DNA from: Iphione sp. A-MEVVRFRX5 | Taxonomy: Eukaryota | DNA length: 64,000 nucleotides | Assembly: GCA_976226885.1 (NCBI GenBank) | Contig: OZ320317.1 | Span: 38,688,001-38,752,000, forward strand | Direction of reading: 5' to 3' | Shown here: in pieces, positions 58,601 through 64,000 of the stretch | Layout: each line of letters begins with the position of its first letter | Numbering within the stretch: position 1 is the first letter of the stretch | Notes under the pieces: generated by a model | What the model saw: only the letters and a program-made list of their open reading frames with translations | Databases searched by the model: none | What the model was told of the DNA's origin: nothing | Program-made: the position numbers and the translations under genes

Positions 58601-61600
58601 GTATTTCCTTACGTTGATGTACAGTCAACATGTATTACATCTTTTTTACCTGCTAACTACCGGATAACGTGCAAAGAAATGCGTTTTTTCAACTGAAAAC
58701 AGGGAGAAATTGAGAAAAGGTCATTTTCTTTTATTGCTAGTATTTTGTGTGACCATGTTCAGTTTCATTGAGGAATCCTCATGCCAATACTTAGTGTGAG
58801 ACAAGCAGCCACATGAAGGGCAGTACGCAGTGGTCAGAACTGGTCACAGACTCTGCCAAAGGTTACAGATGTAGACACAAAGACGGCGAGCGGGAATAGT
58901 GCCAGCTGGCACGACACCGGTGTGTACTCAACCCAATGCATGTTCTCGTGTCAGCAGACCTACGACTGTCGGTATAATTTGCATGTCTGTGTTTAGGTCT
59001 ACTCTTGTCTGAAACCTGGCAGTTTTAGCCACGTGATTTGTCCTCATGATAGGCACTGCAAAGTTCATAAACTCAGACATGTTAAGTGTAAACGAAGAGA
59101 CATCTCAGCCGATTCAAGTATCCAGTGTGCCGCACGATTATCAACCATTTAATATAAATACCTTTGGGGTGGAGTTCATCCAAATTGATGGTGCAAAATA
59201 TAAGACGGAATAATATTTTGGATTATCCCTATTATTGTAGTGTTCCTACTGGCCAGACTTGATTTGTAGCCTGTTATGCGTTGTAAAATGCGTATCGCTC
59301 ACAGTATTGTTATAAAATATACCGGTCGTTTGAAACTAAGACCTTTCCGTTGAATCTATGATTTAAGAATATATACTTATTCATGATTTTCGGGGCAAAA
59401 TTTCATACCACGATTATACATATGATATTGCTAATATGCATCCAGCAGAAACGTTGAAAACATGACATCATGTGATAGTTTCGAACACATTACCGGGTAC
59501 ATCAGCCTGGTGACAAAGTACAGTTGTAGTAGACCTTGAAAAAAATTACTTTCAAGAGGTTCTATTATAGCGGCTCGCCATTATTCTATTCTGATCGTCT
59601 TTCGTGAACGTGGACATCACTCTTTATATCGATCGCGCCTTTTTCATTAAATATACATAAGCTTTCCGCCTTTTATCGCCGACATTGCCGCTTTCTGGCT
59701 GTATGATCCTATTACCGGTCGGCGGAGCACTAGACTATGGGCAAGTTTAGGTATAATACGTTTACCTTCAGGGAAAATGCTGATGTGTGCAATATATTGA
59801 CCCTTATCGTCGCTTCACAAATCTTGCACCGAGGGTAATGCAGCAAGCTACCGTTTTTTATTGTTGCGACCGCTGATAATCTTAATCAAGTCTGTAATGT
59901 GTTTCGCATTAATGAGGGTCATTTGATCAGTGCACTGTCATAATTGTCATTCCTATTCCCATTCCTACATGCAGCTTTCAAATATATGATATGTCAGTCA
60001 TGTCACGCCTTATGATAACCAAGTTATAAGATCGTGAAACGGTTTTCTCTGACTGTGTGTAGAATAAAATCTGATAATCTGGCTGGCGCCGTCTTCCGTT
60101 ACATCAGGAAAGACATAGCTCCATCATCATATGATGTCACTGCTCACTAGGCTGATTAATTCTTGGCATGCTTGCCACCAAGGACCTCTTGGTGGAACCT
60201 AACAGGATAAACTCGCAGACGTCAGACGGCCCATCAGCACGCCGGTAGAGGGTAACAGCTTCCCTACTTAGAGAGGAGGATGACCTCTCCCTGTTATAAC
60301 CTCCCTCACATACCTCTTCTTTACGGTTCCATGACCTCTAGAACTTTTACTGATCAGTGTCCCTCCCTTTGAGATGAAACATACAGAATGGGAAAGGGCA
60401 CGGGTACTGGTAAAACCCAGGATGAGTATCTCTGGTGAGCAGCGCCCGACTCTGTTGGAACGATTGCGATATAATTATGTGTGGTTGAGTGTATCAAGAT
60501 AAAGACCAGCGGTAATTTTCTATCGGGACGTATTGTGATATCATCCACTTATAGGAAACCGAATGAAGATACGTATTTCTGACTATTTCACCAAATTATG
60601 AGCGTCATGTACCAATACTGTGTATCAGTTAGAATAAATATTTGATAAAAAAGCTTAAACATTATAGTTGGGATCATATATCACCACCAAAACAGATCAA
60701 TACACGGCTTATACACTGCCTTTCGGTATTTTGGTTATCCTTTGTCCGTCACCAGCTGTTGCGAGCCCGTATTGGCCATCAGTACCACATCTGAAGCAAT
60801 GTCAATAATCAAGACGCCATTAGCTTCCTGGCGGTGGGTCCCACTTGGGACTCCTCACCTGTCTCAAACCATAAAGGAGATTAAAGTGACTTAACGAACC
60901 TTCAATCTAATTAAGTAGTATATGTAAATCCCTTCCCTGACGAGGTATGGTATAATCAACTGCGACATACTCGTTCTGACCTATGCAAATATCAATACAT
61001 GCGCACCCGGATTATACACTAATTTGTTAGGAGGGGTAGCGCTATAGACTTCCAGACCCTACTTTCCCTTGTCAAAGTAAGGCGGATTGCCCATGCATGA
61101 AAGCCAGTGTGAAGCATTAATATGTGGGGGAAGCTAATCCCGTACAGAAGATTCCTGTCTAGCCTTGTATCTAATATTGGACGGAGAAGTGGCATGTAGA
61201 ACAAACACAGATTAATTTGTTCAGGCCCATGACGAGGTCAGCCATTGTATAACGTACCATACGTATATTGAATACGGAAGATGCTAATGGAAATCATGTA
61301 TTGATTAGGGAAATGCCCCTGGAGAAATCCAATAGAAGATCTATTACCTGGGGGGGATGCAAGCTGCCTACACCTGATGGCAGCTTCAGAGACAAGATGC
61401 TTCGTGGACAATCATTTCAATCATTTGCACGTCCTCTATTGCCGATTCTCGGTGAATCTACTTGAGAAAGCAATCTTCAATTATTTAACTACCACAGAAC
61501 TAGTGTATTGTAAATTTGCAGTGGTAACCACTTCTGTTCCATTATAGCTCTAAAACCTGAACCTTTATGTAAATCTTTCAATAACGATCACCAGTATTAC

Positions 61601-64000
61601 AATATTGGTGATTTCACGAGACTTAAAAAAAATGTATAATACACAAAAGCTCTTAAGTTAATACAAGTTTCTTATCACCGCGTACAACTGCTATCAAATA
61701 GTCCTTTGATCGTTAACTTTACACCTTTTTACATCCGTGGGGTCCAATTTCACAGATCACTGATTCCTTTGAACTTCGCTTTTTTTCTATGTGTTGAAGT
61801 GTTCTTTTTTTCAGATATTTAAAATGTCGACCATTGGTTGGACCGGTAGCGCTGTTGCTGTTCCCTAACATAACGTCATTAGCGACAAAACTTTAATCCA
61901 CTTCATGCCTTGATCCTTTCGTGCTGGCTGATTGGATGGGATGGAAAAATCTTTAATGTAAACAGAGAGTAAGCGCACACTTAAGAGAGATCATCCCAGT
62001 GTAATCATCCTAGCTGATACCCACGTGCGTGGTAGAATTACCCAAAACTCGCCATGCATATTGTAAACCCATTGTGAGAAGAAAACTCATGTCGAATTGA
62101 TCTGGAAACGAAATAATACAAAGCCACACGAGCATTTCCCGATAACGGGTCAGCGGGAAACATCGCGGATGTTGCTACAAACTATAATTTCCTTTTCGCA
62201 CGTATCACCCATAGAGGCATCTTAATAACTGTGACACGTTCTGCAGACGCTCTCCGTGTGTCGTCAACTACGCGCAAATTTGACCAAATATTTATTCTAA
62301 AGACTGTGGAATTGACATCAAACACCCTCTGATTGTTCGAAATTTTACCCTTCCTTGTCTTGTTTCACGCGTGATTTCCAAGAGAACGTGTGACTGTCTG
62401 TATGACAACTGGGCTTCATAAAAGAACTTCTGATTTTCGAGTGGACATGGCAGGATTCATTGTGACGGCTATTTCATGGCGACCATGCCCCTTTGTATCT
62501 GTCGTTAGAATTCGTTTCAACTGACGTGCCTTTAAAAAAAGGTTCAATGAAAAGTATCTTTCCCAAGGGTTGTCGATTTTCCCACCTTTGCCACTATTGC
62601 TGGAACCCTTTTTATCCTGAACGTTATTTGCTCTTATTTGTAACGTCTCTCTACCAGACCCACATCTACACCACTGAGTGTGTGCGTGTTGGGGTGGAGC
62701 GTCCTCCGTTGAAGTGGAACTCCTTAGTAATAAATGCTTATTCTTTAAAATGGCTATGTTGTTATTATTAGGCTATCCTTTCTGTATTGCTATAGGCTAG
62801 GGCAGAGAGTGTTTTAGGAGGTATGAAGACACTGCAGCTATGTGTCAATGGTCATGTTGCTATTTTCAAGGTAGAACTCAATTGCTCTGTGGCCCATAGA
62901 TTTAGGTATGCTCACTAAATCTCTCTGTAATTTTCCCCTAGAAGTATAGAATCATCTCACTCCATCTACCTCACTCTACACAACAATGTATTGTAAAGGA
63001 GTTGGTGCTGTAGCACAACTAGAGGAAGTAGCGCACTTGCACTAACAGGAGAGGTCTTGCCACCATAAAAAGAAGGGATCCCTAGAGCAGTGGCACCAGT
63101 AGTAGCCCTTGGCTAAAATAATCTTACAATGTACCCTAGCTCCCAAGCTCTGATTGATCAGTTGGATTGTGCCGGTGGTACCACTGCAGAAAAGGTTGCT
63201 TTATATTGGTTTCTGAGTGATTCTGATATAGTTGAACATTCTATTCTGGAGCTAAGTGGCTACAATGTAACAAATACACGTATGTGGCATACCAGACTCT
63301 AATTGGACACATCTATTTCTGGTCATGTGACCAAAGTTCTGGTCTATATGCATCCTGCGTGGCCAATAAACAGACGTTAATTCGGGACTGAACAGTTATT
63401 GTGCTTTATTGAACTCATTATCCCAAAACTGAAACATCATCCCAAATAATAGTATCCTCCTGCACCTCATAGCAGGCATGTCTTTGCACCTTTTCTCCAC
63501 CCTTATACCCTTCCTCTCCACCCATCTTTCAACTAATGGTGTGGGCTTACAAACATATCTTGCCATCGTGTATCACGGCATCCTCCCATCGCTTTACATG
63601 CCTAATGTAGTGCCGCGCGTGCATGTCGTTATCGCTCTGCCTTCCGGGCTGGTTTCCGGCGATGTGTCGGCGAAGCAACCGCGCCACGATGCGATGTGCT
63701 GGAGTGGGGGCTGGTGATCCGCGCGCCGTACTTTCACCTATCATGAGATGCCCCACGGGTGTCCGTGCAAGACATGGCCATTCCAAGAAATATTTCTTGG
63801 CAACCTGATCACTGGTTGATCTAATAAAAACGAAAGGTTCGGGTGTACCGCATACCCTGCGCTGCGGATTTTCTACATTTCATGAAGGCATGAGATACCT
63901 GTACACCATGAGGGCATCGTAGTCAAAGTATGTGCGTTTTCCGATTTTGCGGTGTGATTTGACTGTGCACCATAGTTTTAAATAAAACTCACTGATCTTG

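Noticed and set aside
31085-64000. Host protein-coding genes among the short track ORFs
   Set aside because: All are 60-245 aa with random-like composition or built from microsatellites. No domain or consistent exon chain was found.

Overview
This is eukaryotic (animal-like, repeat-rich) genomic DNA containing one complete endogenous Polinton/Maverick (adintovirus-like virus) at 9943-31078. The element has AGTAGT...ACTACT termini, imperfect ~100-bp TIRs and an exact 6-bp target-site duplication (GTGGAG). It carries the full core set on the + strand: protein-primed PolB, packaging ATPase, DDE integrase with chromodomain, minor and major capsid proteins, a basic core-like protein and an adenain-like protease. 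Four features stand out. (i) A NADAR (YbiA/DarT1-antitoxin-like) domain lies in frame with PolB, separated by a single TAG. (ii) A C2H2 zinc-finger array and predicted spliced exons lie in frame upstream of PolB. (iii) There is a head-to-head pair of LRR-capped type I membrane proteins, one a 3-exon gene with a ~500-aa motif-rich tail. (iv) There is a spliced PC4-like gene. Several genes carry single in-frame stops, which reflect either decay or readthrough. The host flanks show no convincing host gene, only decayed retroelement relics (DIRS-type tyrosine recombinase, CR1/L2-type RT), MITEs and simple repeats. All family assignments come from recognising motifs by eye; no searches were run.
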